This document shows positions 1 to 9,544 of a stretch of 33,260 bases of DNA, in pieces. Under the pieces are notes generated by a model. It had not been told where the DNA came from, made no database searches, and worked only from the letters and a program-made list of their open reading frames with translations. The DNA comes from a virus (lineage: Duplodnaviria; Caudoviricetes). Position 1 is the first letter of the stretch. Each line of letters starts with the position of its first letter. The translations under genes and the position numbers were made by a program. The stretch covers positions 1 through 33,260 of the IMG/VR virus record IMGVR_UViG_3300020388_000038, one strand, 5' to 3'.

Positions 1-2
1 AA

Positions 3-812
3 CTTAAATGTTTGGGATACTATGTCGGTACCATTAGTACCAATACGTATCTTACAAGATCCATTTGCAACATCATGAACTAAAACATTAACCATAGCAT
101 TATCTGCTATTGTTCCTGCGTCATGAAGATTCACTAAAACCTGTGACGATGTTCCAAAAATATGATTATTAGTAAATGTAAATTCTACAGTATCAGTAGC
201 AGCTAAGTCTACAGCCTGCATTGTTATAACTCCTAACTTAGCATCAAAAACAACCTCTGTTGTAGCACTTGTTTGTTGAGTTACAACAGGATTATCTAGA
301 CTAGGTACTTTTTCAAACCTCTCTATAAGCTCATATCTATCTTCAGATTGAGATAAAGTACCAGATATATTAAGGTTACCACTTTTATCTAACTTCATCA
401 CGTCTGCTCCTGATGTCCCAAAAGTCATAGAGTCATTAGAGTGATCATAAAATATTTTACCTACATCGTTGTCGTTAGCATCACCAAAGTAAATGTTGCC
501 TGATCCTGCTGTACCTGAAAGTATAGATAACCCAGAGTCTCCTGAGTTTTCTAATATTAACTGGTTAGCAAAAGAACTAGCAGTAACTGATCCAGCACTT
601 ACAGACATAACATGAAGTAAACCATCAGGTTGAGTTCCTCCAGTACCAACACCAACTTTTAAAAACTCTGCACGATCTGTAGAGAGATTCATAGCGGTAG
701 AGTTACCGTCACCTGTTTCAACACTTCTAAGTGTTGAGTTTAAGACCTCAGTGCTTGTCTGAAGTATTCTTTGATATGTCTTAGATATAGATTTACCTTT
801 TAATGAACCCAT
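3..812 (-). CDS. Putative tail fibre/virion structural protein, runs off the left window edge
   Basis: Not in ORF track. ATG at 812, 1 nt past the holin stop; reads MGSLKGKSISKTYQRILQ...KVGVGTGGTQPDGLLHV...GNIYFGDANDNDVGKIFYDHSNDSMTFGT..., a G/S/T-rich beta-strand pattern typical of tail fibres; open to the edge. Confidence 0.7.
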   Translation of the reverse strand, partial: MGSLKGKSISKTYQRILQTSTEVLNSTLRSVETGDGNSTAMNLSTDRAEFLKVGVGTGGTQPDGLLHVMSVSAGSVTASSFANQLILENSGDSGLSILSGTAGSGNIYFGDANDNDVGKIFYDHSNDSMTFGTSGADVMKLDKSGNLNISGTLSQSEDRYELIERFEKVPSLDNPVVTQQTSATTEVVFDAKLGVITMQAVDLAATDTVEFTFTNNHIFGTSSQVLVNLHDAGTIADNAMVNVLVHDVANGSCKIRIGTNGTDIVSQTFK

Positions 813-813
813 T

Positions 814-1200
814 TTACTTTTTCTTTATTTTCTCTATAGACCTACCTGCAAAATAAGCCCCATATACTGTTATTAATAACGTTTGATATATAGGAATATA
901 GCTTTCTTGAATTACAAAACCTCCTATATTTCCGTCAAATACTGACAAAACTACAAAAATTGCAGTTAAAAATATGCATATTAACGGTCTAATATTTTTA
1001 CTAAGCCAGTTGTCAGACTTCATATCTGCCTCCCACCTTCTCGACACTTGCTCTTGTGCTTGAGACTCAGCTTTGATGAAGATTTCCTCCATAGCTCTTT
1101 TAGCAGCCATTCTTTCATCTTCAGATGTGGTTAAATTATCCACAACATTTCCAACTTGCTGTATAAGTCCTCCTCCTAATAAATCTAATATCTTGCTCAT
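814..1200 (-). CDS. Holin (3TM-holin-like)
   Basis: RWEADMKSDNWLSKNIRP followed by two hydrophobic helices and AYFAGRSIEK; directly downstream of the endolysin gene. Confidence 0.8.
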   Translation of the reverse strand: MSKILDLLGGGLIQQVGNVVDNLTTSEDERMAAKRAMEEIFIKAESQAQEQVSRRWEADMKSDNWLSKNIRPLICIFLTAIFVVLSVFDGNIGGFVIQESYIPIYQTLLITVYGAYFAGRSIEKIKKK

Positions 1201-1664
1201 ACATTAGGTTTTATTTCTGCATATCTATACTTAGTATCTCCTTCCTCGTCTTTATAAGCTTCTAGTACTTGCTTACGATTATCTTTTTCTTTTAGTGATA
1301 TATGTATCCAAGAGAAATCAAATTCATTTATCATTTGATCAAACTCTAGTCCTGAATTTAATATCCAATTATAGATAACCTTATTATTCATTTGTCCTCT
1401 TCCCCAAAACTGAAGATCCAATGCCTCGCCTTTGCTATGTTGGCTACGATTGCTCCCACCAATAGCACGATTAAGTTCTTTGGAACGATAACCACTACTG
1501 ATCCTGATAGGACCAACAGAGTTACGAAGAGGTTGTATAAGACCTGTAATAAGCCTTTGCATACTTTCCAAATGTTTTTCGGACATCTCATTTTTTATAC
1601 CTAATCTTTTTGCTGTGTTACTGTGTTCTATCTCTGCACGAGAGAAATTCTTACTTAGTATCAT
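1197..1664 (-). CDS. Endolysin, peptidase M15A family
   Basis: LSKNFS, ISSGYRS..LN.AIGGS..SQH..GEALD, FDQ.I.E and WIHIS zinc-ligand motifs. Confidence 0.9.
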   Translation of the reverse strand: MILSKNFSRAEIEHSNTAKRLGIKNEMSEKHLESMQRLITGLIQPLRNSVGPIRISSGYRSKELNRAIGGSNRSQHSKGEALDLQFWGRGQMNNKVIYNWILNSGLEFDQMINEFDFSWIHISLKEKDNRKQVLEAYKDEEGDTKYRYAEIKPNV

Positions 1665-1667
1665 GAT

Positions 1668-1904
1668 TTATTTTTGCTTGACTGATTCTAATTCTTTTCT
1701 TAAAAAATCAATTTGATCTTGTAGCTTTTCGTTATTAAAATCAAACTCTATTTTACTAATTTCAGTTTTAGGCAGACTTTTAGCCTCACTAATATCTTTC
1801 TGTAAAACAATATACTCACCAATTAATAAAAATAAAAAAGCACAAATACTAAACAAAGTCTTTAAGCTAATGCTAAATGTAGTGTCTTGTATTTCTTTAC
1901 TCAT
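1668..1904 (-). CDS. Small protein with one TM helix and a coiled coil
   Basis: Hydrophobic LFSICAFLFLLIGEYIVL then heptad-like tail; adjacent to lysis genes. Confidence 0.6.
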   Translation of the reverse strand: MSKEIQDTTFSISLKTLFSICAFLFLLIGEYIVLQKDISEAKSLPKTEISKIEFDFNNEKLQDQIDFLRKELESVKQK

Positions 1905-2125
1905 TTTTCTTTTATTTGATTAGAGGCTAATAACAATTCTATTGCGTGTAATCTAGCTGATATTTCAACTAAAGTAGCTTTTAAATCTGTATCAGATTGC
2001 TCTAAATGATGTACCCTAGATTTTAATTTAGTGTATTCATTGTTTAAATTCACCCACAAACTAAACGCAGTAGCTAAAATTACTGCCACACCTATTACTA
2101 ACTCTATAACACCCACTGGAACCAT
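1901..2125 (-). CDS. Small protein with N-terminal TM helix and coiled coil
   Basis: VGVIELVIGVAVILATAFSLW then Leu heptads; ATGA overlap with the next gene. Confidence 0.65.
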   Translation of the reverse strand: MVPVGVIELVIGVAVILATAFSLWVNLNNEYTKLKSRVHHLEQSDTDLKATLVEISARLHAIELLLASNQIKEK

Positions 2126-2158
2126 AACTATTAATTATTATAAACTTTTAAATACACT

Positions 2159-2692
2159 TTAACACTTCCATCTTCTCCTCGCCTGTCGGATTCTTGAGTT
2201 AGGATCGTTTTGAGTCTTTTGGCTACTTCTCTTTAGTTGGCCAAGAGATCTAGCACAGTATGACTTTCTTCTTTTAGCGGACTTACTACCAGGTTTTACA
2301 TCTCCTGTAACAGCAGTTTTAAGTTTACTACCAGGGTTAGCACGTCTATAAGCCTTAACACCTTTTGATGTCATACCAGCTCCAGACTTAGTAGGTCTAA
2401 AGTTACCAGACTTAATGCTGGTCTTTATTCCCATTCCTTTTTTTGCTTTCTTTACTGCTTTCACTTTTTTATATCTAGATACCCTTCCTTTTTCGTTCTT
2501 TTCTTTTTGTGCTCTAGCTTTCTCTGATGGTGTTACCTCACTCCACGTAGAGGGAGTGTCTTTGCTAATCTTCTTAGTGGGGCGAAAGGTGTTCTCCCCT
2601 CCAGAGTAATCTTTCTTTCCTGAGGGTGTCTTCCAGTTTTCTTTAAACCACCTCTTAAGGTTTAACCCTGCCTTTGTTTTCCTTATAGCCAT
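2159..2692 (-). CDS. Lys/Arg-rich phage protein, apparent fusion of two small conserved domains
   Basis: N-half LKRWFKENWK..RPTKKISKDTP.TWSE and C-half GMTSKGVKAYRRANPGSKL...KRRKSYCARS...RRRWKC resemble small basic domains of marine phages (DUF5872/DUF6321-like, from memory). Confidence 0.7.
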   Translation of the reverse strand: MAIRKTKAGLNLKRWFKENWKTPSGKKDYSGGENTFRPTKKISKDTPSTWSEVTPSEKARAQKEKNEKGRVSRYKKVKAVKKAKKGMGIKTSIKSGNFRPTKSGAGMTSKGVKAYRRANPGSKLKTAVTGDVKPGSKSAKRRKSYCARSLGQLKRSSQKTQNDPNSRIRQARRRWKC

Positions 2693-2695
2693 AGG

Positions 2696-2878
2696 TTATC
2701 CTCTTTTCTTTCTGCACTTAGCTATAGCTCCAGAAGCGTAGGCACTAGGGAATACTTTGTAACTAGCCTTTACTTTATGATAGCACGCATCCTTTACAGA
2801 CCCACCCTTCTTCATAGTCTTAACCTTCTTACTTTTATTCTTTCGCTTTACAGCTTTACAAGTACAACCTTTATGCAT
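2696..2878 (-). CDS. Small basic phage protein
   Basis: KDACYHKVKASYKVFPSAYASGAIAKCRK motif recurrent in marine phages. Confidence 0.7.
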   Translation of the reverse strand: MHKGCTCKAVKRKNKSKKVKTMKKGGSVKDACYHKVKASYKVFPSAYASGAIAKCRKKRG

Positions 2879-3051
2879 TACTTTCCAACTTTTTTCATTG
2901 CTATTGTGTGAGCCTGAGTGAAGGTATTTCCAGACAGCATAGCTTTTTTCATAGAAGCCATGTGTTTCGCACTATGATGAACTGAATGTTTTTTCATAGT
3001 TGCTTTTTGTCTATCGGTTAAACCTTTTGATTTCTTAATTGCTTTAGCCAT
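2878..3051 (-). CDS. Small basic His/Met-rich protein (57 aa)
   Basis: Below ORF-track cutoff. MAKAIKKSKGLTDRQKATMKKHSVHHSAKHMASMKKAMLSGNTFTQAHTIAMKKVGK; fills the gap exactly, TAATG overlap with the next gene. Confidence 0.75.
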   Translation of the reverse strand: MAKAIKKSKGLTDRQKATMKKHSVHHSAKHMASMKKAMLSGNTFTQAHTIAMKKVGK

Positions 3052-3054
3052 AAC

Positions 3055-3267
3055 TTATTTTTTAGCAAATTTCTCTACCCCAGAAATACCAAACGAGCCT
3101 AACACAACCCACACAAATGAATCGTATACAAACTCGTTTATAACTAGGTCTGACCCTACCCAACCAGTAACAAGGTCAGCTACCATTATCATACACATTA
3201 TAGCAAATGCTATAAACCCTACGATAGCTTTCTCGTTCCAGTTGTTGTCGTTCTTAAATATCTCCAT
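3055..3267 (-). CDS. Small two-TM membrane protein (holin-like)
   Basis: Two hydrophobic segments and a C-terminal GSFGISGVEKFAKK. Confidence 0.65.
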   Translation of the reverse strand: MEIFKNDNNWNEKAIVGFIAFAIMCMIMVADLVTGWVGSDLVINEFVYDSFVWVVLGSFGISGVEKFAKK

Positions 3268-3272
3268 TATTC

Positions 3273-3623
3273 TTAATCAGGTGTATTATCAACAATAAAT
3301 TTACGAGCCTCTGAGTTTGTCATTAAAGTATTTTTAGGGTAGGCTAAACCTTTCCCCAAATCTAATAATGCACTTACCTCGCCTTCTTTCCAACTCACCT
3401 CTAATTCTAAAATATAGTAATTAGCATTTCCAACTTTAAGTTTAGGTACTGCACCGAACTTTCTTAAGTTATATACTCCTAACTCTTTAAAGGTTGGGTG
3501 TAAAACTTCTTTTAAACTACCATCTTCATTGTAAGAAGGTATACCATAAGTAGAAACTAATTCTGTTGGTATTTTACTTTCGTAAGTTGATGTGTTAAGA
3601 CACAGATATACGTTACCTCTCAT
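3273..3623 (-). CDS. Hypothetical protein
   Basis: ORF tightly packed in the minus-strand operon. Confidence 0.6.
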   Translation of the reverse strand: MRGNVYLCLNTSTYESKIPTELVSTYGIPSYNEDGSLKEVLHPTFKELGVYNLRKFGAVPKLKVGNANYYILELEVSWKEGEVSALLDLGKGLAYPKNTLMTNSEARKFIVDNTPD

Positions 3624-3625
3624 AA

Positions 3626-3976
3626 CTATCTTGATATTTTAACTGTTCCTCTGTCGTTCCATAACCTACCTGCTGATCTTGGGTCAGAAGTTGGTAAGCT
3701 ATTACCCATAGCAGATGAAGACAAGCTATCTGCTTCTACTGAGTCGTCAGAGCTGTTTTGTACAGACTTCACTAATATGTGACAGAAAGCTCTAAGCTTC
3801 TCTGCTGTAATACCTCCTGTTCCTGTACTCTCAAATAACTCCTCAATCATATCAAGAAGTTCAGCTCTATCTCTTTTTTCATCAGATGCTACTGTAACTT
3901 TAGTAAGGGTCTGTCTTCTTACTTTTGATTTGTATGAGTTTTTTACAGTTGAGTCTTTGTAATCTCTTTTTGCCAT
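3626..3976 (-). CDS. Hypothetical virion-associated protein
   Basis: C-terminal LPTSDP..AG.LWN..GT.KIS motif common in phage tail-associated proteins. Confidence 0.6.
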   Translation of the reverse strand: MAKRDYKDSTVKNSYKSKVRRQTLTKVTVASDEKRDRAELLDMIEELFESTGTGGITAEKLRAFCHILVKSVQNSSDDSVEADSLSSSAMGNSLPTSDPRSAGRLWNDRGTVKISR

Positions 3977-3988
3977 TTTTTATTTATT

Positions 3989-6643
3989 TTATAATCCGTA
4001 ATCTGATGAAAAGTCATTACTAAATGCTGAACCTGGTTTATGTTGACTTAATCCTGCGTTGTAGTTTTGCTCTATTTCATCTGCTAATAACTCTCTATCG
4101 TAGAGCCTAACATCATCTATTAGGTTTTTATATATTCTAGTAGCATCTGTACCTCTACCAATTTTTCTTGCTAAGTTTGTTGACACTGTCTCATCTGTGT
4201 TTCCTGTTTGTGATTGACTTACTGCGGTTAAATCATTTATATACAACTTAAGATTACCACTAGCATCTCTTGTACCTGCAAAGTAAAACCAAGCCCCATC
4301 TGATACAGAACTTGTTATATTTGATGCTAGTTCCGTTCCGTTTACATAAAAAGAAACATACCTAGTACCTCCAGAAGTATTTGTCAATATTGCAAATGAA
4401 CCTGAAGGTGCTCCTACTGGGTTACCTCCATTAATAAAAATGACGTTACCCGAACTAGAACCACTATTTACAAATGTATATTTAGCCCAACCATCTATAG
4501 AGAAAGCACCTTGTCCAAAATCTAAGGTATCATCATCAGCGACCTCAGCATAACCACTTCCATCTAAGTTTAAACTATGTTCTCTAAATCGAACATCGTT
4601 ATCTAAGACGTCTTTAGATGGGTCGTTAGGGTCTGATATTAGAGTAATCTCATCAGCTACTGGTGTGCTCTTCGCCCAATCCATTAAACCAAGTTGTGGT
4701 ATAGTAGGTTGCTGGAGAACCCAAGTTGCACCTAATACAGTTCCATCGCTATCGTGGTCGTCTGCATTACCATCATAGGCAGTACCCACACTTACTTCTT
4801 TTAAAGAGATACTATTAATAATGACTGCACCATCTCCATCTTCTTGCATTTTAAAACTTGTACCATTAGAAGTTATAACACCAGTATATGTCGTGTAATT
4901 TACAGGTATGTCTTCTATTGTTTTCTGAGTAGTAGAACCTGTTATAAGTTTTAAATCACTAAGAGTGCTAGTTTGACTTTTTGCAACAACGGTGTATTTA
5001 TAAGTCTTACCAGACTCAATAACAGACGTTTGAGTTACAAATGCCCCACCATTAGGTAGATATAAAGCATCTGACACAGTCGTATCAATATCAGCACCAT
5101 TGTTTTTATTCCAAACGCTATCTGTAGCAAAATCACCATTATCAAGTTCCTCACTACCTAAAACAACAGCACTATTATAGGCGAAACTACCTGCACCCTC
5201 GCTCAAGTGCCAATAGCCTTTTATGTTTGATACATTTAAAGATGTTTCTTCTTTCAATGACAGGTTATCTATCGAAAACTCAGAAGCATTAACACCATAC
5301 ATATAAACATTAAGATTATCACCTAAAGAAACAACTCTATAATTGTATATACCATTTTCAGTAAAGTTTGGAAGATTACTACTAGTTTCTGCAATATTAA
5401 ACTGGTTAAAACCAAATTGAAAAGCACCTTCTACGTAGTCGCTAATCTCAAAGGTTAAATCATATATCTTACCTTTCGTAACACTTAGTACTTGTCTGAG
5501 TGCTGTAGTTTCATGGTGATTTATAGAAGCTTTACCACCACTAACAGTCCATCCTGTATTAGCGTTCCATTTGCTAGCGTCATCAAACCCTCCGTCATCA
5601 ACTATCTCACTACCATAAGTTTTAACTATACTAGGATTATCCGTAATAAGGTGCTGAGGATTATCGTAGTCAAAGGTTACATCGGCTTGTGTCCAAGCTT
5701 TGTCGTATATTTGGAAGTCTGCTAGTTTTCCTTGTAAATATCTACCTGCACCATATGACCCAATATAGCTATCAGCAGCTGTAGTTGATATTCCTGTTGG
5801 AGCAGTTTCTGTACTTATATGTTCTCCATCTATATATACATTTACTGTATCTTGGTCAGTAATTGTGATAACAAGTCTATGCCATTCATTTGAAAGGTCA
5901 GGTATAGAAATTGAGGTAACGAAATCTGAAATTAAATTATAAAAACTTATAGAGTTGTTACCCCTAAACCACGCAGTTGTTTTACCATATGTTAAAATTG
6001 CCCGTTCACTTGAACCAGATGCTAAAACAGGATTTACCCAAAAAGCAAAAGTAGCTTCAGTAGCATTAGGCATTGATTGTGAACCTAAATCTACATAATC
6101 ATTAACCCCATCAAAGCTAAGTGCCTTTCCTGTGTATAAGGTAGCACTATTTGAATTATTAGTGGATTTATCTTGTGCGATTTGAGTTACTTCTTGTACT
6201 GATACATTGTCTATTGAGCCTACAAAATTTAAAGATTGAAAAGCTACATCCCCAGTTGAACCATCCCATTTTGCATAGTAGGTATAAGTATCATTACTTG
6301 TAACATTTATCGCAGTTGAACCGTTACCTTTAAGAAAATTTAAAGTCCCTGAAGTAGAACCACTTACTGTAAATTCTATTTTATACGTTGATGTTAAATT
6401 TACTATACCATCTTGGCGAAAATAAGAAACAGATTGTGTTCCATCAGAATTAGCTTTACCACTTGATATAGTCCAACCCGTTCCTTTAGTCCAATCGCTA
6501 TCCGTAGCAAAATCTCCGTTAGTAACTACATCCTCCCCAAGAATCTCACTATTCTCGAAAGGTAGCCACATCTTTAGCCCAGACCTTACAAAATCTAGCA
6601 AGGCTGCAGTTATGGATGTTAAATTTAAACCTAAACCTAACAT
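3989..6643 (-). CDS. Tail/receptor-binding protein with LamG (concanavalin A-like) domains and repeated CBM-like modules
   Basis: ALSFDGVNDYV..FAFWV..WHRLVIT..YIDG..FQIYDKA and LDGSGY..DGW..WFYFAGT..LYIN..IDDVRLYDREL..EIEQNY LamG signatures; three NGDF/DGGF..W..SIDN.S..E modules. Confidence 0.8.
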   Translation of the reverse strand: MLGLGLNLTSITAALLDFVRSGLKMWLPFENSEILGEDVVTNGDFATDSDWTKGTGWTISSGKANSDGTQSVSYFRQDGIVNLTSTYKIEFTVSGSTSGTLNFLKGNGSTAINVTSNDTYTYYAKWDGSTGDVAFQSLNFVGSIDNVSVQEVTQIAQDKSTNNSNSATLYTGKALSFDGVNDYVDLGSQSMPNATEATFAFWVNPVLASGSSERAILTYGKTTAWFRGNNSISFYNLISDFVTSISIPDLSNEWHRLVITITDQDTVNVYIDGEHISTETAPTGISTTAADSYIGSYGAGRYLQGKLADFQIYDKAWTQADVTFDYDNPQHLITDNPSIVKTYGSEIVDDGGFDDASKWNANTGWTVSGGKASINHHETTALRQVLSVTKGKIYDLTFEISDYVEGAFQFGFNQFNIAETSSNLPNFTENGIYNYRVVSLGDNLNVYMYGVNASEFSIDNLSLKEETSLNVSNIKGYWHLSEGAGSFAYNSAVVLGSEELDNGDFATDSVWNKNNGADIDTTVSDALYLPNGGAFVTQTSVIESGKTYKYTVVAKSQTSTLSDLKLITGSTTQKTIEDIPVNYTTYTGVITSNGTSFKMQEDGDGAVIINSISLKEVSVGTAYDGNADDHDSDGTVLGATWVLQQPTIPQLGLMDWAKSTPVADEITLISDPNDPSKDVLDNDVRFREHSLNLDGSGYAEVADDDTLDFGQGAFSIDGWAKYTFVNSGSSSGNVIFINGGNPVGAPSGSFAILTNTSGGTRYVSFYVNGTELASNITSSVSDGAWFYFAGTRDASGNLKLYINDLTAVSQSQTGNTDETVSTNLARKIGRGTDATRIYKNLIDDVRLYDRELLADEIEQNYNAGLSQHKPGSAFSNDFSSDYGL

Positions 6644-6647
6644 ATAA

Positions 6648-7010
6648 TTAGTGTTTCGGTGCTATGTAAGCTATTACAGAACCTGAGGTTAAATCAATTT
6701 CTGTCCATCTTCCAAATATAGTAATTCCTTTAGGAAATACTACAGAATCTACAACCTTACCACCAGACCCTTGCTCTTCAGTCTCTGAACCAGAACCCAA
6801 ATCATTAGCAGCAGTTTGGGTGTTAACAAACTTAGTTGCTGTTTCCGCAACTAAACCTGCTGTTGAATCAAAAACTGTATCTTCTAAAAAAGTAATAGCA
6901 GCAAAAATGTGATTTGTTGGTGGTATAATAGCATGAGAACTTGATGTTGTGTATGAAGATCCGTACTGACCTAAAGAAAGTTCGTTAAACTTTGTACCTG
7001 TTAAAGCCAT
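6648..7010 (-). CDS. Small virion structural protein (putative)
   Basis: FAAITFLEDTVF...FPKGITIFGRWTEIDLTSGSVIAY beta-rich pattern; first gene after a promoter. Confidence 0.65.
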   Translation of the reverse strand: MALTGTKFNELSLGQYGSSYTTSSSHAIIPPTNHIFAAITFLEDTVFDSTAGLVAETATKFVNTQTAANDLGSGSETEEQGSGGKVVDSVVFPKGITIFGRWTEIDLTSGSVIAYIAPKH

Positions 7011-7043
7011 AATATTTTTATTTTAAATTTTTTATTTTATACG

Positions 7044-7051
7044 CAAATGTA
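7044..7051 (-). promoter_or_regulatory. Bacteroidota-type -7 promoter element (TACATTTG)
   Basis: Exact TAnnTTTG match in the AT-rich divergent gap upstream of 7010. Confidence 0.65.
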
Positions 7052-7081
7052 ATGATAATTTTTTAATTATGAGAAATTTAT

Positions 7082-7089
7082 TATCTTTG
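7082..7089 (+). promoter_or_regulatory. Bacteroidota-type -7 promoter element (TATCTTTG)
   Basis: Exact TAnnTTTG match 20 nt before ATG 7110. Confidence 0.65.
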
Positions 7090-7109
7090 ACCTAATTTAA
7101 TTTAATCAA

Positions 7110-7433
7110 ATGAGGAATTACCTGAAGTATCTTAGTGATACCATGTACTCCTTCCAAAGAAAGTACGACCTTACAGATAACCAAATGAGGTTCCTACTGT
7201 TCATAAATGACGAGAAGGGGTCCTTTACTAAGAGGTTTATAAGAGAGAGTATGTACGTTAGTAAGAACTTTAACGATAGGATGTTTCCTGAGTTAGTTAA
7301 AAGAGACTACGTATTTGTATTTGAGAAACGAGCCTGGAACTCTAACCTGCCTAATCAGTATAGGGTTACACACAAGACTCATAGATTAATAAATAAATTT
7401 TATAATGTCCTAGAGGGGCGAGAAGAAATATAA
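7110..7433 (+). CDS. Putative winged-helix (MarR-like) DNA-binding protein
   Basis: YDLTDNQMRFLLFI...ELVKRDYV...YRVTHK pattern resembles MarR-type wHTH. Confidence 0.5.
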   Translation: MRNYLKYLSDTMYSFQRKYDLTDNQMRFLLFINDEKGSFTKRFIRESMYVSKNFNDRMFPELVKRDYVFVFEKRAWNSNLPNQYRVTHKTHRLINKFYNVLEGREEI

Positions 7434-7435
7434 AA

Positions 7436-8356
7436 ATGGCAAAAACTATTAAAAAGACAACTGATAAAGAAGCTAAAAAAGAGCTTAGGAAGTCAGGAGC
7501 CTTAAAAGGACTATCTAGGAAAGATAAGAAAATGGCTGTTAAAAAAGCTGGATTCAAAAAGAGGCAAGATATGCGAGCCGATATGAAGGCTGCACGCAAA
7601 GAAGATGCGGATATAAGAAAGATGTTTGCTGATAGACGAAGAGAAGAAGCCAGAAGAGGTGGTCAAAGACTAGCCTATGATGTCGGAAGTAAAGGTCGTT
7701 ACCAAGGAACACCTTCAGAGGTTATGCAAGGAATTAGACGCACCTCTGGTAGTTTTGGTAGTCAAGAAGGGAAAAGAATTATGGAGAACAACGAAAGAGC
7801 TATGCTTAATAGAAAGAATAAAGCTAATGCTAAGGTTGGAGAGATGTTTGAAATAATAGACTCTAAAGGTAAGAAACAAAAAGTAATGAAGAAAAAAGCA
7901 ATGTACGGATCAAAAGTAAAAGCTGTTAAGAAGGCTAAGAATGGAGGTAAAATTACTGATCCACCGAAGAAAACCACTAAAAGTAAGTTTGAAAATACTA
8001 ACGTTGGACAAATACTTTACAATATGGATTTTGAAGAAAATCCAAATTACGAACCAGGTTTTGTAGCAGGATCGAAACAAGATTTAGAAAACCCTAAGTA
8101 TATTAAGAAGAAATCCAATCCAGGGGATAGACCGTATGACGAAGCCCCAGATATTAGCTCACCTAGTGATAACACTAGAGTTAAGAAAGTTACTGTAAAA
8201 GCTAAGAAGGCTAAGAATGGTGGAGCCTTAAAATCAGTACCATCAGATGCTAAAGGGTTGTCTAAACTTCCAAAGAGTGTACGTAACAAGATGGGGTATG
8301 CTAAATATGGGTCAAAAGTTAAGGCAATGTACGGTGCTAAGATGAAGAAAAAATAA
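7436..8356 (+). CDS. Lys-rich protein with repeated K-A-x-x-G motifs
   Basis: KAMYGSK, KKAKNGG (x2), YAKYGSK, KAMYGAK. Confidence 0.7.
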   Translation: MAKTIKKTTDKEAKKELRKSGALKGLSRKDKKMAVKKAGFKKRQDMRADMKAARKEDADIRKMFADRRREEARRGGQRLAYDVGSKGRYQGTPSEVMQGIRRTSGSFGSQEGKRIMENNERAMLNRKNKANAKVGEMFEIIDSKGKKQKVMKKKAMYGSKVKAVKKAKNGGKITDPPKKTTKSKFENTNVGQILYNMDFEENPNYEPGFVAGSKQDLENPKYIKKKSNPGDRPYDEAPDISSPSDNTRVKKVTVKAKKAKNGGALKSVPSDAKGLSKLPKSVRNKMGYAKYGSKVKAMYGAKMKKK

Positions 8357-8365
8357 GTAATATAA

Positions 8366-9544
8366 ATGAAGTCACCAAAGGTAAAAGGTATAGGTGAAGT
8401 AGTCACCGAATATGGTGCTAAGGTGATGAAGATTTTTAAGAAGGGGCTACTAGGACGTAGCCTTTTCGATTTTTATGGGGATGTGAAAGCACAAACCTTT
8501 AGAACTAAAGAATCTGCATCAGCACCATCCACCCCGACAGACGGGGCTGGGGGTATCATGTATACTAAAAGTGCAGATGGTAAACTATACTACAAGAGTA
8601 ACGAGGTCTCTGAGGTGGAGCTTAGTTCTACTGGGACCACATTAACCAATGAGGAGGTTCAGGATATTGTAGGTGCTATGTTTGCATCTAATACAGAGAC
8701 TAGGATAGCTGCAACGTATGAAGACTCTGACGGAACAATAGATTTAGTTGTAGATGCTATACCTGTAGACCTAACATCAGATGGTGCAGGTACTATACAC
8801 GCAAATAATGTACCTACATTAAATCAAGACACTACAGGTACCTCTGCATTAGCTACTATTGCTACAACGGCTAATATAGCTAAAAGTGTTGCAGGTTCAA
8901 CTGACGCTGATGTGAGTATATCGTCAGATGGGGATGTGAATATAATTATAGATGCTGATGGAGATGAATTAAGTAGTCTTGTATTATTTAAGTCTAGAGC
9001 TGAAGAGATAGGAAGAATAGATGAGCTAGGTAATGCTACATTTCCTGGTGTGATAACAGCTAAACAGTATCAAGTATTTCCAAGTAATTTCATAGATGAC
9101 ATTAATGATAGTCTAGTTTTTATACCTATACATGGTACAACATTCGAGCAACCACAAGCTTACCAAGATGACGTGGCTATAGTAGCTCCTTGCGATGGCA
9201 GAATAGTATCCGTCACTCTCAATATAATGAGTGTATCATCAAATGCTGATCTTACACTTACTGTTTACACACTACCCCCTAATACAGCAGGTACTGGTAC
9301 TTTCCCAAGTGATTGGGTTTTAGAAGAATCTGAGCAATTGTCTATAACAAGTTCTTCTGATAATCATGTTTTAAATTTTGCTTTTAGCAATGATAAACAT
9401 TTTGAAAGCACAGAGAAGTTTGTCGTAGCAATTCAAGCTAGTTCGGATCCAGGTCCAAATGCTTTTATGTATGCAACAACAGTAGTAGAATGGGATTACA
9501 GCACTCTGCTATCAACAACTGCAGAGCATAGCTCTGTACCTTAG
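8366..9544 (+). CDS. Putative virion structural/fibre protein
   Basis: APSTP..G.G.MY.KS.DGKLYYK, EEVQDIVGAM...YEDSDGTIDL and LNQDTTG segments typical of fibre proteins; beta-rich C-terminal domain. Confidence 0.65.
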   Translation: MKSPKVKGIGEVVTEYGAKVMKIFKKGLLGRSLFDFYGDVKAQTFRTKESASAPSTPTDGAGGIMYTKSADGKLYYKSNEVSEVELSSTGTTLTNEEVQDIVGAMFASNTETRIAATYEDSDGTIDLVVDAIPVDLTSDGAGTIHANNVPTLNQDTTGTSALATIATTANIAKSVAGSTDADVSISSDGDVNIIIDADGDELSSLVLFKSRAEEIGRIDELGNATFPGVITAKQYQVFPSNFIDDINDSLVFIPIHGTTFEQPQAYQDDVAIVAPCDGRIVSVTLNIMSVSSNADLTLTVYTLPPNTAGTGTFPSDWVLEESEQLSITSSSDNHVLNFAFSNDKHFESTEKFVVAIQASSDPGPNAFMYATTVVEWDYSTLLSTTAEHSSVP

